Shown: in pieces, positions 8,963 through 19,200 of the stretch | Position numbering within the stretch: the stretch's first letter is position 1 | Layout of the letters: each line of letters begins with the position of its first letter | DNA from: a virus | Lineage: Duplodnaviria; Caudoviricetes | Length of the DNA: 64,000 bases | Direction: 5' to 3' (one strand) | IMG/VR virus record: IMGVR_UViG_3300042477_000769 | The notes under the pieces: model-generated | Database searches by the model: none | The model's input: only the letters and a program-made list of their open reading frames with translations | What the model was told of the DNA's origin: nothing | Position numbers and translations under genes: made by a program

Positions 8963-10147
8963 ATGTCGGTTATTATCTTGGGAGATACCCATCTGGGTAG
9001 ATCTTTATCTATTGGAAAAGTAGGAATTGGCGCCACCCTTAATAGTAGAGTGGCGGATCAATTAAACCTATTAGATTGGACTTTAGATTTAGCAGTGGAA
9101 AAATGTTCCAGTGATATTATTATTACTGGAGACATTTTTGAAGAACCTCGGCCTAATCCACAATTAATCACTATGTTTATTGCCTGGTTAAAAAAATGCC
9201 AGGCATACCATATTCATGTTCATATTATCATGGGAAATCATGATTTATATCGAAGTGGAAACGTATTTGTGTCATCGCTAGATATCATTAGCGAAATGGA
9301 TTTAGAATATGTTTCAGTATATAAAGAGATTAATACTATTATCATCGGCTCAAATGCTTATACTTTAGTTCCTTTTCGCGATCGTAAATCTTTTATTACT
9401 GATTCTAATACTGATGCTTTAGCTATTTTACAAAATACTATTAGTTATGAATTAGCTTCTATTCCCATTACTTATACTAAAATTCTCATAGGCCATTTAG
9501 CCATCGAGGGCTCCATTCCGATTGGCGATGAAATTGATGACTTAACCAATGAGTTATTTTGTCCAGTAACCATGTTCAACGGTTATGATTATGTTTGGAT
9601 GGGGCATGTTCATAAGCCCCAAGTCATGAAAAAAAGTAATCCATATGTAGCTCATATTGGCAGCATGGATATCTCTAACTTTGGAGAAACTGACCATAAA
9701 AAACATGTAGTCATTATCGAAGATTCAAACTACTCAATCGAGTATTTACCGACTCGACCCTTAAAGAAAATTACTATTTCCGTTCCTAAAGAAACGGAAA
9801 ATACCACTGAGTTCATTTTAGAATCACTAAAAAATGAAGTAGATTTTAGTAAATCTATCGTTAAATTAGAGATTTCATTATTGGATTCTGAATTAAAGTC
9901 GGTCAATAAGTCAGAAATTGAGACATATATTATGTCTCAAGGCGCTTTTAATGTCGCTAACATTTCAGAATCAAAAAAATTGAATCTCATTAAAAGAGAT
10001 ATCAATAATAATATTGATACCAAAATGGATGTTGTTTCTGCTATTAAAACGTACGCGCACACATACGTAGACGCGTCAAAAAAAGATTCTTTTATTCAAT
10101 TAGCCATGGATATTTATAACGAATACCGAGCCGAGGGAAAAGAGTGA
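8963..10147 (+). CDS. sbcD: SbcD/Mre11-like metallophosphoesterase nuclease
   Basis: GDTHLG, TGDIFE, MGNHD, GHL, GHVH motifs; overlaps the SbcC gene. Confidence 0.93.
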   Translation: MSVIILGDTHLGRSLSIGKVGIGATLNSRVADQLNLLDWTLDLAVEKCSSDIIITGDIFEEPRPNPQLITMFIAWLKKCQAYHIHVHIIMGNHDLYRSGNVFVSSLDIISEMDLEYVSVYKEINTIIIGSNAYTLVPFRDRKSFITDSNTDALAILQNTISYELASIPITYTKILIGHLAIEGSIPIGDEIDDLTNELFCPVTMFNGYDYVWMGHVHKPQVMKKSNPYVAHIGSMDISNFGETDHKKHVVIIEDSNYSIEYLPTRPLKKITISVPKETENTTEFILESLKNEVDFSKSIVKLEISLLDSELKSVNKSEIETYIMSQGAFNVANISESKKLNLIKRDINNNIDTKMDVVSAIKTYAHTYVDASKKDSFIQLAMDIYNEYRAEGKE

Positions 10148-12390
10148 AACCACTAAGATTATATATTGAAAATTTCATGTGTCATGATAAGAGCTATATT
10201 GATTTTACTCAATTTAGCTCCGCCCTTATTATCGGAAATAAAGAACAAAATGAACTCCATGCTAATGGAGTGGGGAAAACAACAATCTTTAAAGCTATTG
10301 AGTATGTATTATTTAACCAGTCAGATGTGACTTTAGAGCACATTATTCGTGACGATACTGATTATTGTCATGTTATTATTGATTTTCTTATTAAAGATCA
10401 AGAATTTAGAATTTCTAGAAAAAGAACTAGAAAAGGAAATTCCGATGTTTCGCTCTTAGAAAAAAATGCTACTCCTAGCCTCCATATGGAAGCTTATCAT
10501 TTAGAAGGCGACAAATTACCCAATCCTAATTTAGATAAAGAGACTCTTAAAAAATATTGGAAAGATTTATCTGGTTCTCGTGCCGGAGACACCGAGAAAG
10601 AAGTAGCTAAATTAATAAAAATAAATCCTAAATCTTTTAGAAGTACGATTCATTTTTTACAGAATGATGTGTCTGGATTATCTACCGCAACGCCAGAAAA
10701 AAGAAAAGGTATTCTTAAAGATGCTTTTAATTTATTAATTTATTCGAAATTAGAAAAGATTGCTAAAGAACAAAGCAATCTTCTTTCTAAAGAAATCGAT
10801 AAAAATAATACTTTATTAAGTACTTTAGGAAATCCAGAGCAAGATATCAATACTATTACTGGGCAATTAGCTCAGTCATCTACTTTGTTAGTAGAGAAGC
10901 AATCAAATTTATCTCAAATTGAAGAAGTAATATCTCAATGTAATAATAATATCACTTCTTGGTTATCTGCTTGTTCTAATTTAGAAAATAAATGTGCCGA
11001 TTTGATTGCTCAAGAAAAATTAGCCACTCAAACTAAAAATAAATTAGAGATTTCGGTCAAAGAATATCAATCCAAAAAAAGCAATTCTGCCAAAATAGCC
11101 AAAGAATTATTATCTGAAATTGAAGATTTAAAAGCAACACAATTAAAATTAATTGCTTTAGATTATTCTCAGATAGAAATTTTATCAGCCAAAATTGTTG
11201 AAGCAAATCAACAAATTACTGAACACAATATTAGTATTAAAAATTATCTGGAAAAGATAGAAGATTATCGAATTCCTTTACCAGAAGGAAATATCTGTAA
11301 AAGCTGTCGCAAACCAATGTCGGTAACAGAAAAAGAAGAACATCAACAACATATTAATCAAGAATTATTGTTATGCCAAAAACAAATACAAGAAAGTAAA
11401 GCGATTATTAATAATTTTAATAAACAAATCTCTTCTTATCAACAACAAATTAATAGCTTAACTACAGCTAAAAAACAATTAGAAAATTTAAATGAGAGAA
11501 TATCTTCCAAAAATAAAGAAGTGTCTGATAAGAAAGCTCTTTATGATGAATACAGTGTTTTTCTTAAAAAATTCTCACTAGAATTAGAAGAAAAAAATGA
11601 AGAGTTAAGTAAAATAAATCAAGAACTAGCTAACTCTAGTATGGATGAAGTTAAATCTTTACAAAATAAAATAGAGTTAGAAAAGCAAAAAATTAAAGGA
11701 CTACAGGATCAAATAGGCTCTTTGAATAAAGAGATTACTCATTACAGTAATAGTCGGGCCGTGTTACAGCACACTTTAGAACAAAGAAATAAAGATAAAA
11801 TCTTATATCAAGAATTAACTACTAAGCAAGAAGAATTAAATAAAAAATTTAGTGTATATCCATTAGTAGTTCAAGGTTTTTCTTCTATTGGAATACCTAA
11901 TTTAATTATTCAAAATATTTTAAATGATTTGCAGGCAGAAACTAATAATTTATTGGCGCAATTGAAACCAGGAGGAAAAGAAATTCAACTTTCTTTTTCT
12001 ATTGAGAAAAAAATAGAAAAAACTGGAGATCAAGCTGACACCCTAGATATTAATTATGTTATTAATGGGAAAAATAGATACTATGAACAATTATCAGGCG
12101 CTCAGCAAATTGCCGTCATGTTTAGTCTAAAATTAGGATTATCATTCCTGCTTCAAAAAATGATTGGTGCTGATATTAGAATGCTGCTATTAGATGAAAT
12201 TGATCAGTCTCTAGATAAGGCCAGTGTGGATGAATATGCTAACATTATTAAATTCTTTCAAAAAGATTTTACTATCTTGATCATTACTCATAATGATCGC
12301 TTAAAGGATAAGTTTTCCCATGCTATTTTGGTAGAACAGGATATTAATATGATTTCTACTGCTCGTGTAGTTTCTTCTTGGCAAGGTTGA
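10144..12390 (+). CDS. sbcC: SbcC/Rad50-like SMC ATPase
   Basis: Walker A NGVGKT, long coiled coil with CKSC zinc hook, signature LSGAQ, Walker B LLLDE, ITH. Confidence 0.93.
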   Translation: MKPLRLYIENFMCHDKSYIDFTQFSSALIIGNKEQNELHANGVGKTTIFKAIEYVLFNQSDVTLEHIIRDDTDYCHVIIDFLIKDQEFRISRKRTRKGNSDVSLLEKNATPSLHMEAYHLEGDKLPNPNLDKETLKKYWKDLSGSRAGDTEKEVAKLIKINPKSFRSTIHFLQNDVSGLSTATPEKRKGILKDAFNLLIYSKLEKIAKEQSNLLSKEIDKNNTLLSTLGNPEQDINTITGQLAQSSTLLVEKQSNLSQIEEVISQCNNNITSWLSACSNLENKCADLIAQEKLATQTKNKLEISVKEYQSKKSNSAKIAKELLSEIEDLKATQLKLIALDYSQIEILSAKIVEANQQITEHNISIKNYLEKIEDYRIPLPEGNICKSCRKPMSVTEKEEHQQHINQELLLCQKQIQESKAIINNFNKQISSYQQQINSLTTAKKQLENLNERISSKNKEVSDKKALYDEYSVFLKKFSLELEEKNEELSKINQELANSSMDEVKSLQNKIELEKQKIKGLQDQIGSLNKEITHYSNSRAVLQHTLEQRNKDKILYQELTTKQEELNKKFSVYPLVVQGFSSIGIPNLIIQNILNDLQAETNNLLAQLKPGGKEIQLSFSIEKKIEKTGDQADTLDINYVINGKNRYYEQLSGAQQIAVMFSLKLGLSFLLQKMIGADIRMLLLDEIDQSLDKASVDEYANIIKFFQKDFTILIITHNDRLKDKFSHAILVEQDINMISTARVVSSWQG

Positions 12391-12391
12391 T

Positions 12392-12973
12392 ATGTATAAA
12401 ATTGCTATTTGTGGAAAAGCTAATACTGGTAAAAATACTTTAAGCCAAATGTTTAAAGAATACATGGGTAGTCATCATAAAGTCATGACCATGGCTTTTG
12501 CGGACCCTATTAAACATATTATTAAAACTATGTTTCCACAAGTACCAAGAAAACACTTATTTGGCTCTTCTAAGCATCGCAATCAAATTATTCCAGGAGC
12601 CATTAAAGATGGTAACCCTCTAACTATTAGACAAGCTTTAATTGATATTGGTACTGGCTTAGGTCGTTCTTACCAAGAATCATTATGGATTAATAATTTT
12701 CACCTTCGGCTGAATAAAATAATTAAAAAAAATTACCAGATGGTCATTGTGACCGATGTGAGATTTGTTAATGAGTTTAAATACTTACAAAGCGAAGGTT
12801 TTTATTTAATAAAATTAACACGAGATAATGAAACTAAAATTAATCATATTAGTGAAACCAATCAAGATTTGATTCCTGGAGAAGAATTTAATAATATTAT
12901 TATTAATAATGGTTCTCTAGAAGAATTGTCGCAAAAAGTTAAAGAGATCATGGAGACTATAGTAAATAAATGA
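12392..12973 (+). CDS. deoxynucleoside monophosphate kinase
   Basis: GKANTGKNT P-loop, AFADPIK, IRQALIDIG, VTDVRFVNE, HISE. Confidence 0.88.
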   Translation: MYKIAICGKANTGKNTLSQMFKEYMGSHHKVMTMAFADPIKHIIKTMFPQVPRKHLFGSSKHRNQIIPGAIKDGNPLTIRQALIDIGTGLGRSYQESLWINNFHLRLNKIIKKNYQMVIVTDVRFVNEFKYLQSEGFYLIKLTRDNETKINHISETNQDLIPGEEFNNIIINNGSLEELSQKVKEIMETIVNK

Positions 12974-12997
12974 CCATATTATGGTATATTCTGTAAG

Positions 12998-13327
12998 ATG
13001 AGCTTTGAACCATTTAAAGAAGATTTAGTACCAAAATTTATGGCTAGTGGAGAGCATAAATTTTATAAATCTATTTTGGTGATGGCATTATATAAATTAA
13101 TGGTTATGGAGCAGGGAAGTTATGAGGGCACTCCTCCTCATATTGAGTATATGAATTTTTGTGACAAATTTATTATTTTATATCGTCGAGAAGGAAATGA
13201 AGTTTATTTAAATATTGCTAAGATGTTTCGTAAAGCGGCCCATAAAATATACCGAATCATGTTGAAAAGAAAACTAACTACTCATAACTCTAAATTTTTA
13301 ACCTTGGTTGAATATGGCCGTAATTAG
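12998..13327 (+). CDS. hypothetical protein
   Basis: 109-aa ORF. Confidence 0.6.
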   Translation: MSFEPFKEDLVPKFMASGEHKFYKSILVMALYKLMVMEQGSYEGTPPHIEYMNFCDKFIILYRREGNEVYLNIAKMFRKAAHKIYRIMLKRKLTTHNSKFLTLVEYGRN

Positions 13328-14306
13328 CATTACTCTCGAAGAATCAGTTGAGCAAATAGTTTCTGGAATTCCTAGAACTATTGCTATTACCACTAATATT
13401 GCTTCCTCCATTTTTTATACGTTAGATGGTAGTACTCCCAATTTATATTCTAATATTTATACTAGTCCAATTACTATGCCTACTAGTAACTTAACAGTTA
13501 CACTAAAAGTTTTAGCTACTAATGGCATAGATACTAGCTCTATTATTACTGAAACATATGTAACTAATTTAGTAGAGAATACTAATGCTAGATTGCCTCG
13601 TTCAGGAACTACGGCTAATGCTGGCGAGAATATTCCTAGTTTATATCCTTACGGGAATACCCCTATTCAGCCTAATGCTAATTTTGAAAATCCCGCAGAT
13701 GCCGGTATTACCGTCGATAATCCGGCCTTACCAGCTACTTCTACTGGATTTGATGGTGCTGGTAATCCTAATGCTTTTACTAATGAGCCTTTTAATACTA
13801 CTAATTATAGTATCAAGTATTCAACTACCGATTGGCAAAATAAACCCGGTTATGGCATTGGCACTTTGCCAGGACAAGTAACTATCGATATTAAGCCTCA
13901 ACCCCCAGAAACTACGAATCAAAATAGTAATACTTTTGATCCTAAAGCTTTCGTTGTCTTTCAAGATGCAGCAACTGAAGACCCTAATCTGCCGCCGTCT
14001 ATTAATAGAATGCATTTTTCATCTGAAGATTCTAATATCAATCGAGATGGAAATAATTTCTTTAATAGCGGATTAGATGCACCACCGACTAGTGGCACCT
14101 TTTTAAGGTCTCATTTTAATCCTAGAACTAATTCTATTACTTATTATTATTTAGATACGTGGAGTAATAAATGGATTATTTCCACGGCTCCGTTTAATCC
14201 AAATGGTGGATGGGATGGAAATATGGCCGGGATGGCGTTGTCGAGGCAGAGTGGGGCGGGGTTTGTATTTGAATGGCTCCCCTTCACTCGTCGAGTACTA
14301 TTCTAA
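13308..14306 (+). CDS. Fn3-associated/CHB_HEX_C-like domain protein, probably virion-associated
   Basis: IFYTLDGSTPN...Y..PI motif; Thr/Asn/Pro-rich remainder. Confidence 0.7.
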   Translation: MNMAVISITLEESVEQIVSGIPRTIAITTNIASSIFYTLDGSTPNLYSNIYTSPITMPTSNLTVTLKVLATNGIDTSSIITETYVTNLVENTNARLPRSGTTANAGENIPSLYPYGNTPIQPNANFENPADAGITVDNPALPATSTGFDGAGNPNAFTNEPFNTTNYSIKYSTTDWQNKPGYGIGTLPGQVTIDIKPQPPETTNQNSNTFDPKAFVVFQDAATEDPNLPPSINRMHFSSEDSNINRDGNNFFNSGLDAPPTSGTFLRSHFNPRTNSITYYYLDTWSNKWIISTAPFNPNGGWDGNMAGMALSRQSGAGFVFEWLPFTRRVLF

Positions 14307-14311
14307 ACCTT

Positions 14312-14974
14312 ATGCTGTGCAAACTCTGTGGACTAGACAAAGAACTAAATTCTAGCAATTTTCAACAGGGCACCAATAAAAGAAATGGCATTAACCATCA
14401 TTATTGGTATCGAACTTGTCGAGCGTGTAATCGAGATAAAATTCGAGATAAAAATAAAAGATTTAAAGAGAAAAATAGAAAAAAATTAGCAGATAAACAA
14501 AAATTATATCGTGCTTCTCGACAAGAACATTATTCTCAAATAGCCAAAATTTGGTATCAAAAAAACAAAGAAGACGTTAAAATCCGCATCAAAAATAATT
14601 TGAAATTAAGACGACAAACAGATCCTCTATTTCGTTTAAAATTTAACATCTCCGCCAATATTCGTGCCTGTATTAAAAAAAATTATCAACCGGTAAAGAA
14701 TTTTCTTCCATATTCTATTGCGGAACTGAAAAAACATTTAGAACAACAATTTGAACCCTGGATGAATTGGAATAATTATGGTACCTATTCTACTTCCTGG
14801 AATGATCAGGATCCCCAAACTTGGACTTGGCAAATAGATCATATTATTCCTCATAGCACATTTAATTACACTTCACTACAAGACCCTCTCTTTCAAGATT
14901 GTTGGGCTTTAAGTAATTTACGGCCATTAAGCTCTAAAGCCAATTTATATAAAAGCAATAAAATTATTAAATAA
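14312..14974 (+). CDS. HNH-type homing endonuclease (paralog 1)
   Basis: N-terminal CKLC/CRAC, basic helix, WQIDHIIP...CWALSNLRPL...N..KSN. Confidence 0.8.
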   Translation: MLCKLCGLDKELNSSNFQQGTNKRNGINHHYWYRTCRACNRDKIRDKNKRFKEKNRKKLADKQKLYRASRQEHYSQIAKIWYQKNKEDVKIRIKNNLKLRRQTDPLFRLKFNISANIRACIKKNYQPVKNFLPYSIAELKKHLEQQFEPWMNWNNYGTYSTSWNDQDPQTWTWQIDHIIPHSTFNYTSLQDPLFQDCWALSNLRPLSSKANLYKSNKIIK

Positions 14975-15004
14975 GCTGGCAGTTTAAAAAATATCCCAAA
15001 TTAA

Positions 15005-15033
15005 TTGACATTGTTGTTAGGTTATATAATAAT
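15005..15033 (+). promoter_or_regulatory. sigma70-like promoter
   Basis: TTGACA (15005-15010), 17-nt spacer, AATAAT (15028-15033), upstream of the 15060 gene. Confidence 0.5.
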
Positions 15034-15059
15034 GATAACATACAACAGAAAAAGATATT

Positions 15060-15845
15060 ATGACTGATAATTTCAGAGTTTCCGTATCTAAAACGAAAAC
15101 TTTTTTAGATTGTAAGGCTAAGTTTAAATTCTCTTATGTTGAGAAGCTGCCGAAAAAAGATTGGGATTTCCATATTTTTGGTAAATTCTGTCACATGGTA
15201 CTTGAAGAGTTTCATAAGGTTTATATTGAAGGTTCTGACGCTCCTTATCATGTAACCATGGGGCAATCATATAAGTTAGCCTTGAAAGAATTTCAGGAGA
15301 AAATGACACCTGAAATGAAAAAAGAATGTTGGGCCATTATTGATCAATATTTAAGAAAGATTTCGGCCGAAAAAAATAATGGACATCCCGCGAATGTCAT
15401 TGCGGTAGAAAAAAGATTTGAACTCCAAGTAGGAGAGACCATAGTTCTCAATGGTGCCATTGACAGAATCCAATTGGATAGTGATGGAATTATTCATGTG
15501 GCAGACTATAAAACCAGTAAAAGTACCAAATATTTGAAAGATGATTTCTTTCAATTAATGACTTATGCGTATGTCATCATGTCCGATGACCCAACTATAG
15601 AAAAAGTTAGAGCGTCTTATGTCATGTTGCGTCATGATTTTGAGTATATTACAACTGAATTCCATAAACCAGAAGTCATGGAAGTAGAAAAAAAGTATAT
15701 TGATTATGTCAATCAAATGATGACAGAGAAGGAATTTAAGGCGAATCCGAGTGCATTGTGCAGATTCTGCGATTACGCCTCCTTGTGCCCGGAAGGAAAA
15801 AAAATGCTCGAACCCTCCCTTCGGTATGGCGAAGTGGCATGGTAA
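15060..15845 (+). CDS. PD-(D/E)XK exonuclease, RecB/AddB/Cas4-like, probable Fe-S staple
   Basis: FGKFCH, GAIDRI, VADYKTS, FQLMTY; N-terminal Cys plus C-terminal CRFCDYASLC. Confidence 0.85.
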   Translation: MTDNFRVSVSKTKTFLDCKAKFKFSYVEKLPKKDWDFHIFGKFCHMVLEEFHKVYIEGSDAPYHVTMGQSYKLALKEFQEKMTPEMKKECWAIIDQYLRKISAEKNNGHPANVIAVEKRFELQVGETIVLNGAIDRIQLDSDGIIHVADYKTSKSTKYLKDDFFQLMTYAYVIMSDDPTIEKVRASYVMLRHDFEYITTEFHKPEVMEVEKKYIDYVNQMMTEKEFKANPSALCRFCDYASLCPEGKKMLEPSLRYGEVAW

Positions 15846-16561
15846 CGGAATATAAAAACTGTACCAAATGTAATCTTCAAAAGATATTTCCCGATGATTT
15901 TGCTAGTGGTAAATCTTTCTGTAAACAATGTAGAAATCTTTACTTAAAAAGTAAAAGAACACCTAAATTAAAAAGCAAACAATCTTCAGCAGAAAGACTG
16001 TTAAAAATAAAAGAATGGCAACGCAATAATCCGACCAGAAGACAATTAGCGATCCAAAAATACCACGCTTCTCATCTTACAGAAGAAAAGCGTTATTATC
16101 AAGATAATAAACATAAAATCCTAACTAGGATTAAAAATTGGAAATCTTCTAACAAGGAACATACTAATGCGTGGACTAGACACTATCGTCAACAACCTAT
16201 CATTAAACTAAGACACACAGTTTCTGTGTTAATTAGATTTTACTTAAAAGGAATTAAGTCTGGCTCTGTTATTAATCATCTGCCCTATTCTATCGAAGAA
16301 TTAAAACTTCATTTAGAACAACAATTCGAACCCTGGATGTCGTGGTCCAATTGGGGCGTTTATTGTCCCGAAAAATGGAACGATGATGATCCCTCTACTT
16401 GGACTTGGCAGTTAGACCACATTATCCCACATAGTAGCTTTATGTATACTTCCATGGAAGATTCGGCTTTTCAAGAATGTTGGGCCTTAAGTAATTTAAG
16501 GCCATTATCTGCTAAAAAAAATATTATAGAAGGCGCTAGAAAAATAAGTGTTATAGAATAA
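15839..16561 (+). CDS. HNH-type homing endonuclease (paralog 2)
   Basis: Same architecture and shared DNA blocks with 14312-14974; WQLDHIIP...CWALSNLRPL. Confidence 0.8.
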   Translation: MVTEYKNCTKCNLQKIFPDDFASGKSFCKQCRNLYLKSKRTPKLKSKQSSAERLLKIKEWQRNNPTRRQLAIQKYHASHLTEEKRYYQDNKHKILTRIKNWKSSNKEHTNAWTRHYRQQPIIKLRHTVSVLIRFYLKGIKSGSVINHLPYSIEELKLHLEQQFEPWMSWSNWGVYCPEKWNDDDPSTWTWQLDHIIPHSSFMYTSMEDSAFQECWALSNLRPLSAKKNIIEGARKISVIE

Positions 16562-16594
16562 ATGTTACCAGTTAATTTTAACTAAAGAGGAAAT

Positions 16595-17842
16595 ATGCAC
16601 ATTGAAGTAAGAGAAATTGAGCCGTGTAAATTATGCGTTCAGTATACTGCTGAACCGAGTGAAATATCAGATAAAAAAGAAGAGGTGGTTGCTCGCTTTA
16701 AAAAAGCGCCTGTCTCTGGATTTCGGACTGGAAAAGTTCCGACAGATGTTATCAAAATGCATTATCGTACCCAAATCGAAGATGCATTGAAAGTTGCTTT
16801 AGCTGAAGAGGCATATCATAATGCTTTATTCGAAAAAAAACTTCGACCTCATGGAGCACCGAAGCTAAATTCAGCTATTTTAGTAGATGGTAAATTTGTC
16901 TGTGAATTTGAAATGCATACTAAACCAGAATTTCAACTCATGACTTATGATGGTATGCAGATTCCTCGACCACATGAAGCCTTGACGGTGACGGAATTAA
17001 CTGAAAAAATGTTACAGGAATTACGAGTCAAATATGGCGATTCTGTACCCTATGCCGATAATGAATTTGTCCAAGTTGGAGATACTGTGATTGTAGATTA
17101 TGAAGGATCTATTAATGGTGAAGTATTGCCTCATTTGTCAGCCACTGGAGAAATGATTACAGTTGGCCATAGTAATTTGCCGCAATTTGATGACAATGTC
17201 TTAGGGATGTCTATTGGTGAAACTAGAGAATTTGATATTGTAGTACCGCAAAATAGCTTACCTTCTCTCAGTGGCAAAACTGTACATTTAAAAGTAACTC
17301 TTAATATGGGTTCTAAAAATGTACCTCATCCATTAGATGATACCTTGGGTCAAAAATTAGGCAAGAAAGACCTACAAGAATTAAGAATGGCCGTAGGCGC
17401 CACCGCGATGGCCACGGTAGAAAATAAAGTTAAGGAATCTATTAATGAAGCGGTAGCTATTAAATTAGTCGAGATGCATGAAATTAACGTTCCTAATTGG
17501 ATGGCTTTATCAGAAGCTCAATATTTAGTCCATGGTGCTAAATTAGATTGGAATGCTTTGAGAGATGAAGATAAAGATATGTATGTAGCCATGGCGGCTA
17601 AGAATGTTAAGCTATCTCTGATTCTAGATAGAATTAGAGATGATAACCCAGAGGCACAACTAACTGATCAGGAAGTATTTGATATGATTAAGAGAAATCT
17701 AATGCAATCTAATATGCAACAACCATTAGAGCAAGTAGTGCAGCAAATGCAAAAGAGCGGCTATTTACAAGTATTGTTTGCTCGAATTAGAGATGAGCAT
17801 GCGATGGATTTTGTGACTAAAAAAGTTCAACTTATTGATTGA
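16595..17842 (+). CDS. tig: trigger factor
   Basis: Ribosome-binding signature GFRTGKVP, FKBP-like GDTVIVDYEG..NGE, helical C domain; 415 aa. Confidence 0.92.
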   Translation: MHIEVREIEPCKLCVQYTAEPSEISDKKEEVVARFKKAPVSGFRTGKVPTDVIKMHYRTQIEDALKVALAEEAYHNALFEKKLRPHGAPKLNSAILVDGKFVCEFEMHTKPEFQLMTYDGMQIPRPHEALTVTELTEKMLQELRVKYGDSVPYADNEFVQVGDTVIVDYEGSINGEVLPHLSATGEMITVGHSNLPQFDDNVLGMSIGETREFDIVVPQNSLPSLSGKTVHLKVTLNMGSKNVPHPLDDTLGQKLGKKDLQELRMAVGATAMATVENKVKESINEAVAIKLVEMHEINVPNWMALSEAQYLVHGAKLDWNALRDEDKDMYVAMAAKNVKLSLILDRIRDDNPEAQLTDQEVFDMIKRNLMQSNMQQPLEQVVQQMQKSGYLQVLFARIRDEHAMDFVTKKVQLID

Positions 17843-18174
17843 GGAGATTAAATATGAGTAAGAAAAAAGATACCCAAGCCCCTAGTTCGTTTCCAGAAAA
17901 ATGGTTTAAAGTAGTTCAGGCAATGCCAGAATTTAAAGATATTGCTGATGCTGCGAGTATAGATGATTTAAAAAAAATTATCGTAGATTGTGAAGGCAAT
18001 ATCTATACTATTGACCAAGATAAAGAAAATAATAGCAAATTAATTGCGGCTCAAGAGTTGGTTAAAGAGTATAAAGCACCTTATACAGATGCTATTAAGG
18101 CTCAAACGGCTAAAATTAAATATGCATTATTCTTATTAGAAGGCAAAGGTGTCGACTTAGATAATAAGGATTGA
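17839..18174 (+). CDS. hypothetical helical protein
   Basis: ORF; likely ATG at about 17854 after GAGGAG. Confidence 0.65.
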   Translation: MRRLNMSKKKDTQAPSSFPEKWFKVVQAMPEFKDIADAASIDDLKKIIVDCEGNIYTIDQDKENNSKLIAAQELVKEYKAPYTDAIKAQTAKIKYALFLLEGKGVDLDNKD

Positions 18175-18175
18175 C

Positions 18176-18460
18176 GTGAAAGTAACTAAATTTAATATCC
18201 AATCCTGCTGTGGTAAAACCGCGATTATTTTTAAAACTGATAGGCCATTATCTAAAAATCATTTGGCTTTCTTGGTTTCTCAAGGTTTTAAAGAAACTCC
18301 ACATTTTACTGCCGCAGGAATACTTTATGTGGATAATTCGGACTTTATTTTGAACGGCCCGTTAGGTTCTGATAGACTAACAGTTAAGTGCAAGAGAAAT
18401 GAAGCTGAATGCACCCAAAAGATCAATAATTTGGAGGTGTTACTTCAGCAGGTGGAGTAA
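18176..18460 (+). CDS. hypothetical protein
   Basis: 94-aa ORF with GTG start after AAGGA. Confidence 0.6.
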   Translation: MKVTKFNIQSCCGKTAIIFKTDRPLSKNHLAFLVSQGFKETPHFTAAGILYVDNSDFILNGPLGSDRLTVKCKRNEAECTQKINNLEVLLQQVE

Positions 18461-18463
18461 ACC

Positions 18464-19126
18464 ATGGCTAGTAGCACTAATTCCATTGTTCATGTTAGAA
18501 AAAAGTTTCATTCCTTGCATGATTTAATATCTACTTCCTACCATGAGGCAGGCCATACTATTTATGGCTTACTTCATGGTATGAATGTTGAATCGGTGCA
18601 AGTCTTTGAAAATAAGAAAACCAAAAGAATTGATGGAATTACCTATTATAATCCTCCTGAATTAGACGAAATTCAGGATGAACAATTAAAATTGGCCCTG
18701 GCTGAAAGCGAGGTTTGCCTGTGTTATGCAGGATTAATATCCGAAAAAAAGCTATTTAAATCTATTTCTGGATTAGATTCTTTCCCTATGTTTCTAAAAA
18801 ATGGCTCCTCGACTGATATCGCTGAAGCCTTATCTATTATAATTAAATTTAATTTAGCCGAACCGGGTCTTAAAAGATACCAATATAAGAAGAAATTAAT
18901 TAAAAAAATTAATCAAGAGTTAACAGAACACTGGGATGCTGTGACGGCAGTGGCTCATTCCTTAAATAATAAAAAAAGAATCAACTTCTTTGAATTAAAA
19001 GAATTGTTAATTAAAAAAACTAACCATCGAGAATTTTGGAAGCAAAAGTTTAAAATTCAGGAAAAATTATATATAAATCGTACCGACCTTGACGAAATAA
19101 AAATAAAATCTATCTTGTTACCTTAA
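18464..19126 (+). CDS. stand-alone peptidase M41 (FtsH protease domain)-like zinc metalloprotease
   Basis: YHEAGH, ..YAGLISE (compare llGGraAE), GSSTD (compare GAsnD, third ligand). Confidence 0.75.
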   Translation: MASSTNSIVHVRKKFHSLHDLISTSYHEAGHTIYGLLHGMNVESVQVFENKKTKRIDGITYYNPPELDEIQDEQLKLALAESEVCLCYAGLISEKKLFKSISGLDSFPMFLKNGSSTDIAEALSIIIKFNLAEPGLKRYQYKKKLIKKINQELTEHWDAVTAVAHSLNNKKRINFFELKELLIKKTNHREFWKQKFKIQEKLYINRTDLDEIKIKSILLP

Positions 19127-19140
19127 CCGTATTCCCTGGT

Positions 19141-19200
19141 GCTGCATACGCCGACTATTCTTAGTCGGAATAACTCATTTGTGAGTTGATATGTATAGCC
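19141..19200 (+). promoter_or_regulatory. candidate structured RNA/DNA leader upstream of dnaE
   Basis: CCGACTA-ttct-TAGTCGG and AACTCA-tttg-TGAGTT hairpins enclosed by GCT(GC)ATAC/GTATAGC pairing. Confidence 0.4.
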
